This document shows positions 48,773 through 59,112 of a DNA stretch of 64,000 bases, in pieces. Within the stretch, counting starts at the first letter, position 1; the number at the start of each line of letters is the position of its first letter. The position numbers and the translations under genes were made by a program. This stretch comes from Gemmatimonadota bacterium (GTDB taxonomy: Bacteria > JBHIER01 > G020348925): NCBI GenBank assembly GCA_020348925.1, contig CP070758.1, forward strand, positions 62,001 to 126,000, given 5' to 3'. Below the pieces are notes generated by a model. That model worked only from the letters and a program-made list of their open reading frames with translations. It was not told the origin of the DNA and did not search any database.

Positions 48773-48832
48773 GGCCAACAAGACCTTCCTGGGGACACGG
48801 ACAAGCCGCGGCGCTAAAGGTTGCCGTTTGCC
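48773..48832 (+). mobile_element. Integron attC site 4 (degenerate)
   Basis: R'' GGCCAAC (exact complement of previous R' GTTGGCC), ACCTT...AAGGT arms, R' GTTTGCC. Confidence 0.7.
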
Positions 48833-48947
48833 ATCATAATAAGGGAAGGTATTTTTCCTGGCTGTTATCGTGTCAGAAAATACTCGTAACGAAAGAACAC
48901 AGAATTACAAATAACGACCACCCAAACTTTCACGAACAAGCGTATGA

Positions 48948-48968
48948 AAAAGGGGACTGTCCCCTTTT
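48948..48968. repeat. Perfect palindrome, REP-like
   Basis: AAAAGGGGAC-T-GTCCCCTTTT. Confidence 0.6.
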
Positions 48969-48981
48969 AGGGTGTGATACC

Positions 48982-50214
48982 ATGAGACTCCACTTTTATG
49001 TCGTGCTTTTTATCATAATCCTCCCAATTCTGCCATCAATCCTATTGGCAGAGATTCATAAAGAATACGTGGATTCAGCAGACAATTTACAGGCTCTCCT
49101 GACAGAGAAAGTCGATTCTCTGGAAATATACCTCCAATCCGGCGATTATTTTCTTTCCTCCACAGATATTATCGACTCGACCTGCGGCAACTGCGAGGAG
49201 CCGGATCAATTTGTGCCGGCGACGGCTGGTTTGCAGATTGCGGGTGCCTACGTCAAGATCTCCGGCCCTGAAGACCGTTCGGCGGTGATCCATACGAATG
49301 CCGGATACGGGATCTTTTTCAATCATTGCCAAAGGGGTCTCATCGAGAATCTTTCAATCACAGATGGGGTGAGGGATACAAGCGGCTTCGCAACAGACGC
49401 GGCCGTTGTCGTTAAAAACAGTACTATCACCGTTCGCCGTAATCGTATTTACGAGAATATCGGTGATTCGTCGATTGTGGTAAAAAATATCGTCGGCATC
49501 ATGGGGATCTGCGGGCGCGAAAACTCTGATGTGACGATTGCGGACAACGAAATAGTTCGAAATTCCTGGGACGGGATTGCCCTTTACAGGGATGCCAGAG
49601 CAACGATTGCAAATAACCTGATCGACGGTGTGGACAAAGCATCTTCGAAAATTGCAGGAGGTGGGCGAGGCGTGGCCATCGGTGTGACCTGGAATGGGCA
49701 AGCGACTATTGAAAAAAATCTGGTCAAACGGTACTGGAAAGGTATCGGTATTTTCGTCGATGCGAATGTGGCTGCTCGAAACAATGTCATTGAGGATGTA
49801 TTGACATGGGGTATTGCTTACTGGGATGCGGATAAAGGAAGGCCTGTCGGCGTTATCGAAGAGAATATCATCTACTCAACCGGTGCTTGCGGGATCACGA
49901 TCACTCGATCACAGCCTGGGCCAAACCCAGGGATTCTTGTCGGAAATGTTGTTGTTCAAACGGCCCAAAATCCCAAATACGACGATCCGGATTACTATTG
50001 TCATCAATGTGCACTTTCAATATTTTCAAAACCGGATAATTTTGAAATCAGGGACAACCAGTTTTTCAATAATCGCGAGGCGACGGAGGACCTGCCTGAC
50101 TATGATATCACCGAAACCGAATTTATCGAATCGATAGATGATATACGGCGTCGATTGTTGATAACTCCCCTGCTGCAAAAGTCTGATTTTTCAAAATTCC
50201 TTTCTGAATTATAG
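48982..50214 (+). CDS. Exported right-handed parallel beta-helix repeat protein
   Basis: Signal peptide; repeats IxxNxIxxNxxxGIxL. Confidence 0.8.
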   Translation: MRLHFYVVLFIIILPILPSILLAEIHKEYVDSADNLQALLTEKVDSLEIYLQSGDYFLSSTDIIDSTCGNCEEPDQFVPATAGLQIAGAYVKISGPEDRSAVIHTNAGYGIFFNHCQRGLIENLSITDGVRDTSGFATDAAVVVKNSTITVRRNRIYENIGDSSIVVKNIVGIMGICGRENSDVTIADNEIVRNSWDGIALYRDARATIANNLIDGVDKASSKIAGGGRGVAIGVTWNGQATIEKNLVKRYWKGIGIFVDANVAARNNVIEDVLTWGIAYWDADKGRPVGVIEENIIYSTGACGITITRSQPGPNPGILVGNVVVQTAQNPKYDDPDYYCHQCALSIFSKPDNFEIRDNQFFNNREATEDLPDYDITETEFIESIDDIRRRLLITPLLQKSDFSKFLSEL

Positions 50215-50236
50215 GGGGAAAAGTACGTTGATTTTT

Positions 50237-50277
50237 TCAATCCCCCTCTATCCCCCTAGCAAAAGGGGGATTTGAAT
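50237..50277. repeat. REP-like hairpin related to 35127-35160
   Basis: AATCCCCCTCTATCCCCCTAGCAAAAGGGGGATTTG. Confidence 0.5.
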
Positions 50278-50458
50278 TTGACCCTTTTTATGGGGAGTGT
50301 ATGGACCGGGAAATGGGTGACTGGTTCTCGGAGACTGAGGGGCCACTCGGCCTGAATTCCCACCTCTCCACAGAAGGTGAAACATAGATGCGTCTTAACG
50401 TGTCGAAATTTGTTACGAAACTGTGTCCAAGCATGCAAAGGTGACAAGGGACCGTGAC

Positions 50459-50992
50459 ATGGCTGTAAGAGAAGTGCTTCTGCTCGGCAATCCTCAGCTC
50501 TCTGAGGTCAGTGAGATCGTAGAAAGAAAGGAACTTGATTCCATGCGAGATGTCGTTGACGACCTGCAGGACACTTTAGTGGATTTCAGGAGTAAGTATG
50601 GTGCCGGAAGAGCCATAGCTGCGCCCCAGATTGGCGTGCTGAAGCGACTCGTGTATGTGTGTGTCGATTTTCCGATTGTTCTTATCAATCCGAAACTGGA
50701 TCGGAGAAGCGAGGACATGATCGAGGTGTGGGACGATTGTCTGTGTTTTCCGGATCTGCTGGTCAAAGTCCGGAGACACAGGTCGTGCCGGATTACGTAC
50801 AAGAATATGGATTGGGAAAAGCGCGAAATGCTCCTGGAGGGCGAACTTTCGGAGCTGCTTCAACATGAATGCGATCACCTCGACGGCGTTCTCGCCATAT
50901 CGCGAGCCATCGATTCGAAGTCATTTTGCCTGAGGAACCAGAAGCACCTCTTGGAGGATACCCATGTTCAAAAAGTATCTCCTCAGGAATAA
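50459..50992 (+). CDS. def: Peptide deformylase (variant motif type)
   Basis: GRAIAAPQIG, WDDCLCF, LQHECDHLDG. Confidence 0.9.
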   Translation: MAVREVLLLGNPQLSEVSEIVERKELDSMRDVVDDLQDTLVDFRSKYGAGRAIAAPQIGVLKRLVYVCVDFPIVLINPKLDRRSEDMIEVWDDCLCFPDLLVKVRRHRSCRITYKNMDWEKREMLLEGELSELLQHECDHLDGVLAISRAIDSKSFCLRNQKHLLEDTHVQKVSPQE

Positions 50993-51021
50993 AGCGGTCT
51001 CTAGAGACTGGGGGCAGCATC

Positions 51022-51657
51022 ATGCCTGAGCTATCGACAGTACTCTTATTTATCAGTGCCTCATTTGTGCTTTTGATGACACCGGGACCTGCAGTACTCT
51101 ATATCATTGCCCGGAGTATTGAGCATGGGCGCAAGGCAGGTGTTATCTCAAGTTTTGGATTATTATTGGGAAGTGTCCTGCAAGTCATCGCAGCCGCCTT
51201 CGGAATTTCTGTCATTCTCGTATCATCGGAAATAGCGTTTCTTCTTGTACAATATTTGGGTGCGGCTTACTTGATTTTTCTCGGAGTTCGAACAGTTCTC
51301 AACAACGAGAATCTCCGGCGGGATGTGCCCATGGTTACCGAAGGACTGAGACGAATTTTTTATCAGGGTGTTCTCATTAATATTCTCAATCCAAAAACGG
51401 CGCTTTTCTTCTTTGCTTTCTTCCCTCAATTTCTGAATGCCTCCAAGGGCTCTGTTCCGTTTCAGATGCTCCTCCTGGGCGCAGTATTTCATGTGATGGG
51501 GATTTGCATCGGTGTGCTGTATGCCCTCCTGGCCGGGACCATCGGGGATTGGCTGAAGACCCATGTGCGTTTTCTGCGGGCTCAGCGCTATGTGACAGGT
51601 GGTATTCTCATCACATTGGGTGTTGCCGCCGCGTTGTCAGGTTCAGGCAGGAAATAG
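51022..51657 (+). CDS. LysE/RhtB family translocator
   Basis: TPGPAVLY, GAAYLIFLG, NILNPKTALFF. Confidence 0.92.
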   Translation: MPELSTVLLFISASFVLLMTPGPAVLYIIARSIEHGRKAGVISSFGLLLGSVLQVIAAAFGISVILVSSEIAFLLVQYLGAAYLIFLGVRTVLNNENLRRDVPMVTEGLRRIFYQGVLINILNPKTALFFFAFFPQFLNASKGSVPFQMLLLGAVFHVMGICIGVLYALLAGTIGDWLKTHVRFLRAQRYVTGGILITLGVAAALSGSGRK

Positions 51658-51663
51658 GAGTAT

Positions 51664-52917
51664 ATGATGTGTCCTTTTAAGAAGGTGCCTTGGCTGATAG
51701 CTCTTGCCTTTTTGCTTGTCATTCTCTCGTGTGTGCGGAAACATGAACAGGACAACGTATTCTCGGAGGAGGTCTCTTGGAGAGAGACGGTTGTGGCAGG
51801 ATCGGGCGATGCGTACATGGAGGTCAGGCATATTGTACTCAAAGGATCAAATTACGCCATTGGGAAAAAGATTGCAGAGAGAGCCCTCGAGCACAACATA
51901 CGGTTGAATCCCAGCGGCGATCCGGTCAGGAACAAAGTTCAGCGTGCCTATATGGAGAAAAATTATCCGATGTACTACGAACGGATGAGAGGTGTTGCTG
52001 ATGGCTTTGGGATTTCTTTCGATAACAACGAATATGATCTCTCTTTCTTGTCTCAGTATCAACTGTCGCGACCCGGTTGTTCCGTCGTCTTCTATCCAGG
52101 GACCTTTACTTTGAACGGACACGGCATCCTCAGCCGGAATTACGATTTCACAACCGGCACCTTCCAGGGAAGACGACCTCAGGAGGATGAGATGGCCGTC
52201 ATGTCTCGTCCTTACATTTTCGAGATGTATCCGGACCAGGGGTATGCCTCTCTGTCTCTCTGTGCTTTTGACCTGTTGGGCGGCGTCCTGGATGGGATCA
52301 ATGCCGAGGGATTGGCAGTGGCCATTTTGGCCGATGATGAGACCCTGTTACATTACGAGCGGGAACCTTTCGCTGGAGTCGGGATGCATGAACTCATGTG
52401 TATGCGATATATTTTGGATACGTGTAAAGATGTGGACGAAGCCAAGGAGGCTTTATTCTACGCGAAACATTATTATTCATTCGTTCCGTGTCATTATATC
52501 ATAGCGGATAGAAACGGTGATTCATTCGTGTTCGAATTCTCATCGATCCGAAATGCCGCGCATTGTGTCGAAGGCCAGGGGCCTCAATGGGTCACAAATC
52601 ACCTTCTCTCCAAGTACCCGTCAATGGATCATTTCCCGGAGAAGAGCATGATCGACAGTTTTGAGCGTTACAGAACGCTGCATGATTCCATTCACGGTAA
52701 AAACAGATTCAGCATCGAAAATATGAAAACGATCAATGCTGCGGTTGCCAGCACTGATATGGATTTTCATAGTCCTGAATATGCCCCTCACAGAACGTTG
52801 TGGCATTCACTCTACGATCTTCAGGAGAGACGGTTGCAGGTGAAGTTCTATTTAGGGGAAAGCGCGGAAGGGATTCAGTACTCGGACTACATAAACTTTC
52901 AACTCGAATCCGAGTAA
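51664..52917 (+). CDS. C45-family Ntn-hydrolase/acyltransferase, probable lipoprotein
   Basis: GCSVV nucleophile, SRNYDF, DGINAEGLAV, VTNH; lipobox-like ILSC. Confidence 0.85.
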   Translation: MMCPFKKVPWLIALAFLLVILSCVRKHEQDNVFSEEVSWRETVVAGSGDAYMEVRHIVLKGSNYAIGKKIAERALEHNIRLNPSGDPVRNKVQRAYMEKNYPMYYERMRGVADGFGISFDNNEYDLSFLSQYQLSRPGCSVVFYPGTFTLNGHGILSRNYDFTTGTFQGRRPQEDEMAVMSRPYIFEMYPDQGYASLSLCAFDLLGGVLDGINAEGLAVAILADDETLLHYEREPFAGVGMHELMCMRYILDTCKDVDEAKEALFYAKHYYSFVPCHYIIADRNGDSFVFEFSSIRNAAHCVEGQGPQWVTNHLLSKYPSMDHFPEKSMIDSFERYRTLHDSIHGKNRFSIENMKTINAAVASTDMDFHSPEYAPHRTLWHSLYDLQERRLQVKFYLGESAEGIQYSDYINFQLESE

Positions 52918-52941
52918 AAGTTTCAAAAGATTCTCGATAAC

Positions 52942-53733
52942 ATGCATCGTATACGTTTCGTTCATTGGAATAAGGCTGAGGCTGAGGCGAAAGCTGAGGA
53001 GATTGAGGCATCCGGATATGAAGTGGACGGCAGCTCTTTTGATGGTCCACCGGCCTTGCGCAGGTTGAGGGAGCATCCTCCGGCGGCCGTGGTCATTGAT
53101 CTGTCACGGTCACCTTCCATGGGCCGCGACGTGGGCGTTGCCCTTCGACACTACGCATCGACCCGTCATGTACCTCTGGTCTTCGTTGAGGGCGATTCGG
53201 AAAAGATGGTGCGCATCAAAGAGCTTCTACCGTATGCGATCTATACTCCATGGAGCAGGATTCAGAGCTCGCTGAAGCGGGCCATAGCCAATCCGCCCAG
53301 GAATCCGGTTGCACCGAAATCGCTCCTCGAAGGCTATGCCGGAACACCTTTGCCGAGGAAGCTCGGGATCAAAGCCAACTCTGTTGTTGCCCTTGTCGAT
53401 GCACCCAAAGATTTTAAGAAGACCCTTGGTCCATTGCCAGAAGGTACGACCCTCCAAAAAAAGGGGAGGGGACAGAATAACCTCACCGTTTGGTTTACGA
53501 CCTCCCGAGCGGACCTTGAGGCGCGAATACAAGGGATTGTGAAGGGCGTCAAAGAGAGAGGTGGGTTGTGGATCGCCTGGCCGAAGAAAACCTCAGGAGT
53601 AGCCTCAGATCTGACCCAGAACCATGTCCGGAAGGTCGGGCTCGCCTCAGGCCTGGTCGACTATAAAGTCTGCGCGATTGATGCGACGTGGTCAGGGCTT
53701 CTGTTCACCCGCCGAAAAACGAGTGAGAGGTGA
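52942..53733 (+). CDS. Hypothetical protein: receiver-like N-domain + DUF3052-like C-domain
   Basis: AVVIDLSRSPSMG; GYAGTPLPRKLGIK...LWIAWPKK...GLVDYKVCAIDATWSGL. Confidence 0.7.
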   Translation: MHRIRFVHWNKAEAEAKAEEIEASGYEVDGSSFDGPPALRRLREHPPAAVVIDLSRSPSMGRDVGVALRHYASTRHVPLVFVEGDSEKMVRIKELLPYAIYTPWSRIQSSLKRAIANPPRNPVAPKSLLEGYAGTPLPRKLGIKANSVVALVDAPKDFKKTLGPLPEGTTLQKKGRGQNNLTVWFTTSRADLEARIQGIVKGVKERGGLWIAWPKKTSGVASDLTQNHVRKVGLASGLVDYKVCAIDATWSGLLFTRRKTSER

Positions 53734-53752
53734 CTGGGAGCTGTTGGGGGAG

Positions 53753-54517
53753 TTACTGCGACTCCTTTTTCTCCTTCTCTATTTCGCCGACCAGGGGGAC
53801 GAAGAGGACGCCCGTGATATCGCGTGAGAAGAGTTCCCCATCCTTTTTTTCGATGAGTACGAGCTTCTGGTAGCTGTACGGATTGCCGACAGGTATGACC
53901 ATGCGCCCTCCCTCTTTGAGCTGTTTGATGAGGGGAGGGGGGACGTGATTGGCTGCCGCGGTGACGATGATGCCGTCGAAGGGGGCGTACTCCTCCCAAC
54001 CGTAATATCCATCGGAAGCCCTCACTTCAATATTCTCGTATCCCAGTTGGTGCAGCAGTGTATCCGCCCTGGCGGCCAGTGTTTCCCGTATTTCAACAGA
54101 ATAGACCCTGTCGGCGATCTCGGCCAGGACAGCAGCCTGGTATCCGGAACCCGTACCGACCTCAAGGACCGTATCCCCTTCACCGATCATGAGCCATTGG
54201 GTCATGAGGGCGACAATATAAGGCTGAGATATCGTTTGCCCCTCCCCGATGGGGAGCGGATGATCGGCATAAGCCTGATCCAAATATCTTTCCAGTACGA
54301 ACTTGTGTCGCGGAACCGTGCCCATGACTTGAAGGACCGTCGTATCGGTAATATCCCGACTTTTCAAATCCTGGTCGACCATCTGCCGGCGAGCCCGATC
54401 GAAGGTTTGTTCCTTGTTGGATGGGGTGGCATCGGTCCGGTCTGAGGGCTCGGAATTGCAGGAAACCGAACACACCGCACTCGCCAGTATGAGTATGAGA
54501 ACAAGACGTTTCGTCAT
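53753..54517 (-). CDS. pcm: Protein-L-isoaspartate O-methyltransferase
   Basis: AYADHPLPIGEGQTISQPY, LEVGTGSGYQAA, APFDGIIVTAA, FVPLV. Confidence 0.95.
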   Translation of the reverse strand: MTKRLVLILILASAVCSVSCNSEPSDRTDATPSNKEQTFDRARRQMVDQDLKSRDITDTTVLQVMGTVPRHKFVLERYLDQAYADHPLPIGEGQTISQPYIVALMTQWLMIGEGDTVLEVGTGSGYQAAVLAEIADRVYSVEIRETLAARADTLLHQLGYENIEVRASDGYYGWEEYAPFDGIIVTAAANHVPPPLIKQLKEGGRMVIPVGNPYSYQKLVLIEKKDGELFSRDITGVLFVPLVGEIEKEKKESQ

Positions 54518-54740
54518 GAGAGACCCCTTTCGGAAGAGAGTACGTATTTGTCATTGCTCAGGACGCATATAGAATGATGCAACGGGCCGGAAAAGTCAAG
54601 GGAAAAGTGGATGCCTGAAACGACGCGACGATGGGTGGGGAAAGTTGCGGGGGCAACAGGTGAAAAAGGGACTCACGGCTGGGATGATAAGCAAACAGGT
54701 GTTTTTTTGTATCATTTTTTGAGGTTCTTCAAAAAAATGG

Positions 54741-54769
54741 TTGCCTTAGCGAATGAAAAATAGTATAAT
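54741..54769 (+). promoter_or_regulatory. sigma70-type promoter of the pur operon
   Basis: TTGCCT-17-TATAAT. Confidence 0.65.
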
Positions 54770-54815
54770 CGTATGTTGCGTTCATTTTTTCCACTTACAC
54801 GATGGAGGGTGTGCG

Positions 54816-55439
54816 ATGCGTAAAATAAACCTTGGAGTTTTAGCCTCCGGTCGGGGATCGAATCTTCAGTCCATTATTGATGCAACGGAGAGGGGTGAAG
54901 TCGACGCCGAAGTGCGAATCGTCATCTCCAACAACAGCAAAGCGTACGCCTTGGAACGAGCCAGAAACCACAATATTGCGGCCGTTCATCTCAGTCACAA
55001 ACAGTTCGAGAGTGGGGACGCATTCGACGATGCGCTCATCGAGATGCTGAAAAAGCACGGGGTGGAGCTGGTCGTGCTGGCCGGATACATGAAGCTCATC
55101 AGCCCGAAGGTATGTGAGGCCTATCGTCATAGAATTCTCAATATTCATCCGGCCCTGTTGCCCTCCTTCGGTGGAAAAGGGATGTACGGGATGCATGTTC
55201 ACGAGGCCGTGATCGAATCCGGTGCCAAGATTTCGGGTCTGACGGTCCATATTGTGGATGAGCAATACGACCATGGCCCCATCGTCCTGCAAAAGACGGT
55301 CCCGGTGCGGGATGACGACGATCCCGACTCACTGGCCGCACGAATTCTGCCCGAGGAACACAAAATGTATCCGGAGGCGATCCAGCTTTTTGCTGAGGGG
55401 AAAATCAGGGTCGAAGGAAGGAGAGTGTACACGACATAG
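54816..55439 (+). CDS. purN: Phosphoribosylglycinamide formyltransferase
   Basis: ASGRGSNLQS, LAGYMK, NIHPALLP, YDHGPI. Confidence 0.97.
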   Translation: MRKINLGVLASGRGSNLQSIIDATERGEVDAEVRIVISNNSKAYALERARNHNIAAVHLSHKQFESGDAFDDALIEMLKKHGVELVVLAGYMKLISPKVCEAYRHRILNIHPALLPSFGGKGMYGMHVHEAVIESGAKISGLTVHIVDEQYDHGPIVLQKTVPVRDDDDPDSLAARILPEEHKMYPEAIQLFAEGKIRVEGRRVYTT

Positions 55440-55504
55440 CCTACGTTATATAAGTTCGGAAGTACAGGATTCGATTGTCAGCGGAAAAACAGAATCGAGG
55501 TACC

Positions 55505-56392
55505 ATGGAAAAGGCACTTTTGAAAACAGACTTGACCGGAGTTGGATCACCCTACCGGGGTAAGGTTCGGGATGTCTACGACCTGGATGATGCATTGCTC
55601 ATCGTCGCGACGGATCGTATCTCAGCCTATGACTGCGTCATGCCCAACGGCATTCCAGACAAGGGGAAAATTTTAACGGCCATGTCCCTTTTCTGGTTCC
55701 GGTTTCTGAGCGATCTCGTTGAGCACCATGTGGTCACCTCAGACGTGGAGGAATTTCCTGATGTTCTGAGATCTCATGCTGAGGTACTCAAAGGGCGTTC
55801 GATGCTGGTCAGAAAAGCCCGGAGGCTTGACGTGGAATGCATCGTTCGCGGCTACTTGGCCGGTTCCGGCTGGAAGGACTATCAAAAGACGGGAGCCATC
55901 AGCGGTGTAAAGCTTCCTGAGGGTCTGCGGGAATCGGAGCGGCTGCCGGAGGTGATTTTCACCCCTTCGACAAAAGCCGAAGTGGGACATGATGAGAACA
56001 TCTCCTTCGATTCGATGAGGGATCTTGTCGGTGCCGAGCGGGCTGATTTCATGAGGGCGAAAAGCGTCGAGCTGTATCGGGTGGCCGAGGCGTACGCCAG
56101 CCAACGGGGGATCATTATTGCCGATACAAAATTCGAATTCGGGCTGCTCAACGACTCTATCATCCTCATCGATGAGATCCTGTCACCCGATTCCTCGCGG
56201 TTCTGGCCCAGGGAGGAGTATGAGCCCGGACGGTCTCAGCACAGTTTCGACAAACAGTTTGTGCGGGACTATCTGGAGACACTGGAGTGGAACAAGCAAC
56301 CTCCTGCTCCGGAACTGCCGGAGGAGATCGTGTCGAAAACAAGAGAACGGTACATTGAAGCGCATAAACGGTTAGGCATAGGAGATTTCTGA
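55505..56392 (+). CDS. purC: SAICAR synthetase
   Basis: GKVRDVY, TDRISAYD, ECIVRGYLAGS, ADTKFEFG, DKQFVRD. Confidence 0.97.
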   Translation: MEKALLKTDLTGVGSPYRGKVRDVYDLDDALLIVATDRISAYDCVMPNGIPDKGKILTAMSLFWFRFLSDLVEHHVVTSDVEEFPDVLRSHAEVLKGRSMLVRKARRLDVECIVRGYLAGSGWKDYQKTGAISGVKLPEGLRESERLPEVIFTPSTKAEVGHDENISFDSMRDLVGAERADFMRAKSVELYRVAEAYASQRGIIIADTKFEFGLLNDSIILIDEILSPDSSRFWPREEYEPGRSQHSFDKQFVRDYLETLEWNKQPPAPELPEEIVSKTRERYIEAHKRLGIGDF

Positions 56393-57964
56393 ATGGTTAC
56401 AATCAAAAGGGCTCTGATCAGTGTGTATGATAAAACGGGTATTGTCGATTTTGGCCGCGGTCTCAATGACCTCGGTATTGAAATGATCTCATCCGGGGGA
56501 ACGGCCCGGGCGCTGAAAGAGGCGGACATACCGGTCCGATTGGTGTCCGACTACACGGGGTTTCCCGAAATCCTCAACGGCCGTGTGAAGACCCTCCATC
56601 CGAAAATTCACGCCGGTATTCTGGCCAGACGGGAGGATGAGGGACACATGAGTCAACTCACGGAACAGGACATAGGGCCGATCGATATGGTTGTTGTGAA
56701 CCTTTATCCTTTTGAGGCCTGGGCTCAAAAAAAAGATGCCTCGAGGCGGGATGTCGTCGAGATGATTGATATCGGCGGACCGTCCATGATCCGGGCGGCG
56801 GCGAAAAATTATCCGTCCGTGGCCGTGGTTACGGATGCCCGCAAGTACAATGATATCATTGAAGAACTCAGGAACAATAAGGGATCACTGTCCGAGGAAA
56901 CGTGCCGGGCTCTCGCCGGTGAGGCCTTCCGGCAGACGGCTCACTATGATGCCGCCATTGCCGGCTATTTTGCCGCCCGTCCGGACGAGGATCTCTTTCC
57001 TCTGTTTCTCGAGGAGCGTTTCGAGAAAGTGGGTGATCTCAGGTACGGAGAGAACCCCCATCAACGGGCCGCGGTCTACCGTAACCTGAGCGTCGAGAGC
57101 GTTCCTTTTATTGGGGCGCAACAGCTGTGGGGCAAGGAACTGTCCTTCAACAACTATCTGGATATGAATGCCGCTGTGGAACTTGTTGGAGAATTCGACC
57201 GACCGGCGGCCGTTATCCTCAAGCATACGAATCCCTGCGGGGCTGCTCTGGGAACCTCTCTGGCGGAGGCCTATGAAAAGGCCTATGCCGGCGATCCCCT
57301 GTCCGCCTTCGGGTCCATCGTTGGCTTCAATCGGTCGGTGGATGTGGGTACGGCGGAAAAGATGGCCGTACCCAATACATTCCTGGAGGTGATTGTCGCT
57401 CCCGGGTACGAGGAGGGGGCCATCGCTCTCTTGACCGAAAAACGGTGGTGGGGGAAGACGGTCAGGATTCTGACATACGATTCGGCCGGAGCCCGTCGTG
57501 CCAATGAGACCGTCTCAAAACAGATCCTCGGCGGACTCCTTGTCCAGAGCAAGGATTCCGTCCTGTTTGACGAGAGTGCACTCCGGGTGGTCACCGAACG
57601 GACACCAACTGAGGCGGAAATGGAGGCGCTGCGATTCGCCTGGACCGTCGTGAAGCACGTCAAGTCCAATGCCATCCTTCTGGCCCAGGGGGATATGGTC
57701 GTTGGGGTTGGTGCGGGTCAGATGAGCCGCGTCGATTCCAGTATGATCGCCGTGCGCAAGGCGGGCGAACGAGCCCAAGGCGCTGTGCTGGCCTCGGACG
57801 CCTTTTTCCCCTTCAGAGATGCCATCGATGTGGCTGCAGAGGCAGGTGTCACGGCCGCTATTCAGCCGGGAGGTTCCAAAGGTGATGACAAAGTTATTGA
57901 GGCTGCAAACGATCATGACCTGGCCATGGTGTTTACCGGCATGAGGCACTTTCGACATTTGTAG
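56393..57964 (+). CDS. purH: Bifunctional AICAR transformylase/IMP cyclohydrolase
   Basis: ALISVYDKTG, GRVKTLHP, LRYGENPHQ, KHTNPCG, ASDAFFPF, RHFRH. Confidence 0.98.
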   Translation: MVTIKRALISVYDKTGIVDFGRGLNDLGIEMISSGGTARALKEADIPVRLVSDYTGFPEILNGRVKTLHPKIHAGILARREDEGHMSQLTEQDIGPIDMVVVNLYPFEAWAQKKDASRRDVVEMIDIGGPSMIRAAAKNYPSVAVVTDARKYNDIIEELRNNKGSLSEETCRALAGEAFRQTAHYDAAIAGYFAARPDEDLFPLFLEERFEKVGDLRYGENPHQRAAVYRNLSVESVPFIGAQQLWGKELSFNNYLDMNAAVELVGEFDRPAAVILKHTNPCGAALGTSLAEAYEKAYAGDPLSAFGSIVGFNRSVDVGTAEKMAVPNTFLEVIVAPGYEEGAIALLTEKRWWGKTVRILTYDSAGARRANETVSKQILGGLLVQSKDSVLFDESALRVVTERTPTEAEMEALRFAWTVVKHVKSNAILLAQGDMVVGVGAGQMSRVDSSMIAVRKAGERAQGAVLASDAFFPFRDAIDVAAEAGVTAAIQPGGSKGDDKVIEAANDHDLAMVFTGMRHFRHL

Positions 57965-58006
57965 TATGTCGCGAATATCATAGGGTAACAAAAGGATACC
58001 GTATCT

Positions 58007-59044
58007 ATGAGATTCAATTTTTTTCACTATTTTTCGAGTGACATCGGCATTGATCTGGGGACGGCCAACACCCTCATCTACGTGCGAGGCCGGGGCATTG
58101 TTGTGAACGAGCCCTCCATTGTGGCTGTCACGAAGCACGACCGGAAGGTGGAGGCCATTGGCAATACGGCCAAAGAGATGCTGGGCAGAACCCCGGACGA
58201 GATTGAAACGATCCGACCCATGAAGGACGGGGTTATTGCCGATTTTGAGTTTACCGAGGAGATGCTCCGGGAATTTATTAAGATGGTTCAAAAAAGCTGG
58301 TATCTGGTCCATCCCCGGATCATTATCAGTGTCCCCTCAGGCATCACCGATGTCGAAAAACGGGCGGTTATGGATTCTGCCAGACATGCGGGGGCCCGTG
58401 AGGTCTATCTCATTGCCGAGCCAATCGCTGCGGCCATCGGCGCGGCCCTGCCCGTTGAGGAGCCGATTGGCAATATGGTCATCGATATCGGAGGCGGGAC
58501 GTCCGAGATAGCCGTCATCTCTCTCTCCGGTGTGGTCAATGTGACCTCCGTTCGGGTGGCCGGGGATGAGATGGACGAGGCCATCGTCACCTTTCTGAAG
58601 AAAAATTACAACCTTCTGGTGGGCGACCGGACCGCCGAGATGATCAAGTGTCAGATCGGCTCCGCCTACCCCCTGGAAAAGGAACTGGAGATGCAGGTCA
58701 AGGGACGCGACCTCGTGGCAGGGATCCCCAAGACGATTGTCATAAATTCGGCGGAGATCAGAGACGCCATGGCCGAGCCCATTAGTGCCATTGTTGATGC
58801 CGTGAAACTGTCACTGGAGCGGACGCCTCCGGAACTGTCCGCCGATATTTTGGATCGGGGGATCATTATGGCCGGCGGCGGAGCGCTGCTCCGGGGTCTC
58901 GATCAACGACTGCGCGAAGAGAGCAGTCTGCCCATTAATATTGTCGAGGATCCCATGACGTGCGTGGTGCGAGGGACGGGAAAAGTGCTCGAAGAGGTCG
59001 AACGCTACTCAAAAATGTTGATGAAGAGCGTCAGACGACCATAA
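58007..59044 (+). CDS. mreB: Rod shape-determining protein MreB
   Basis: GIDLGTANT, DIGGGTSE, GGGALL. Confidence 0.98.
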   Translation: MRFNFFHYFSSDIGIDLGTANTLIYVRGRGIVVNEPSIVAVTKHDRKVEAIGNTAKEMLGRTPDEIETIRPMKDGVIADFEFTEEMLREFIKMVQKSWYLVHPRIIISVPSGITDVEKRAVMDSARHAGAREVYLIAEPIAAAIGAALPVEEPIGNMVIDIGGGTSEIAVISLSGVVNVTSVRVAGDEMDEAIVTFLKKNYNLLVGDRTAEMIKCQIGSAYPLEKELEMQVKGRDLVAGIPKTIVINSAEIRDAMAEPISAIVDAVKLSLERTPPELSADILDRGIIMAGGGALLRGLDQRLREESSLPINIVEDPMTCVVRGTGKVLEEVERYSKMLMKSVRRP

Positions 59045-59112
59045 GGGTGTGACTCGGTGCGGCGGGCCTCTCTGCGGGAAGGTCGGGTCACCACGGGAAG
59101 GTTCTCAAAGGG

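Noticed and set aside
48833-54517. Continuation of the cassette array
   Set aside because: No further R''/R' pairs with complementary arms were found by eye, and the genes are closely spaced like ordinary operons.
54520-54815. ZTP or purine riboswitch upstream of purN
   Set aside because: The predicted promoter leaves only ~40 nt of leader, and no riboswitch consensus is visible.
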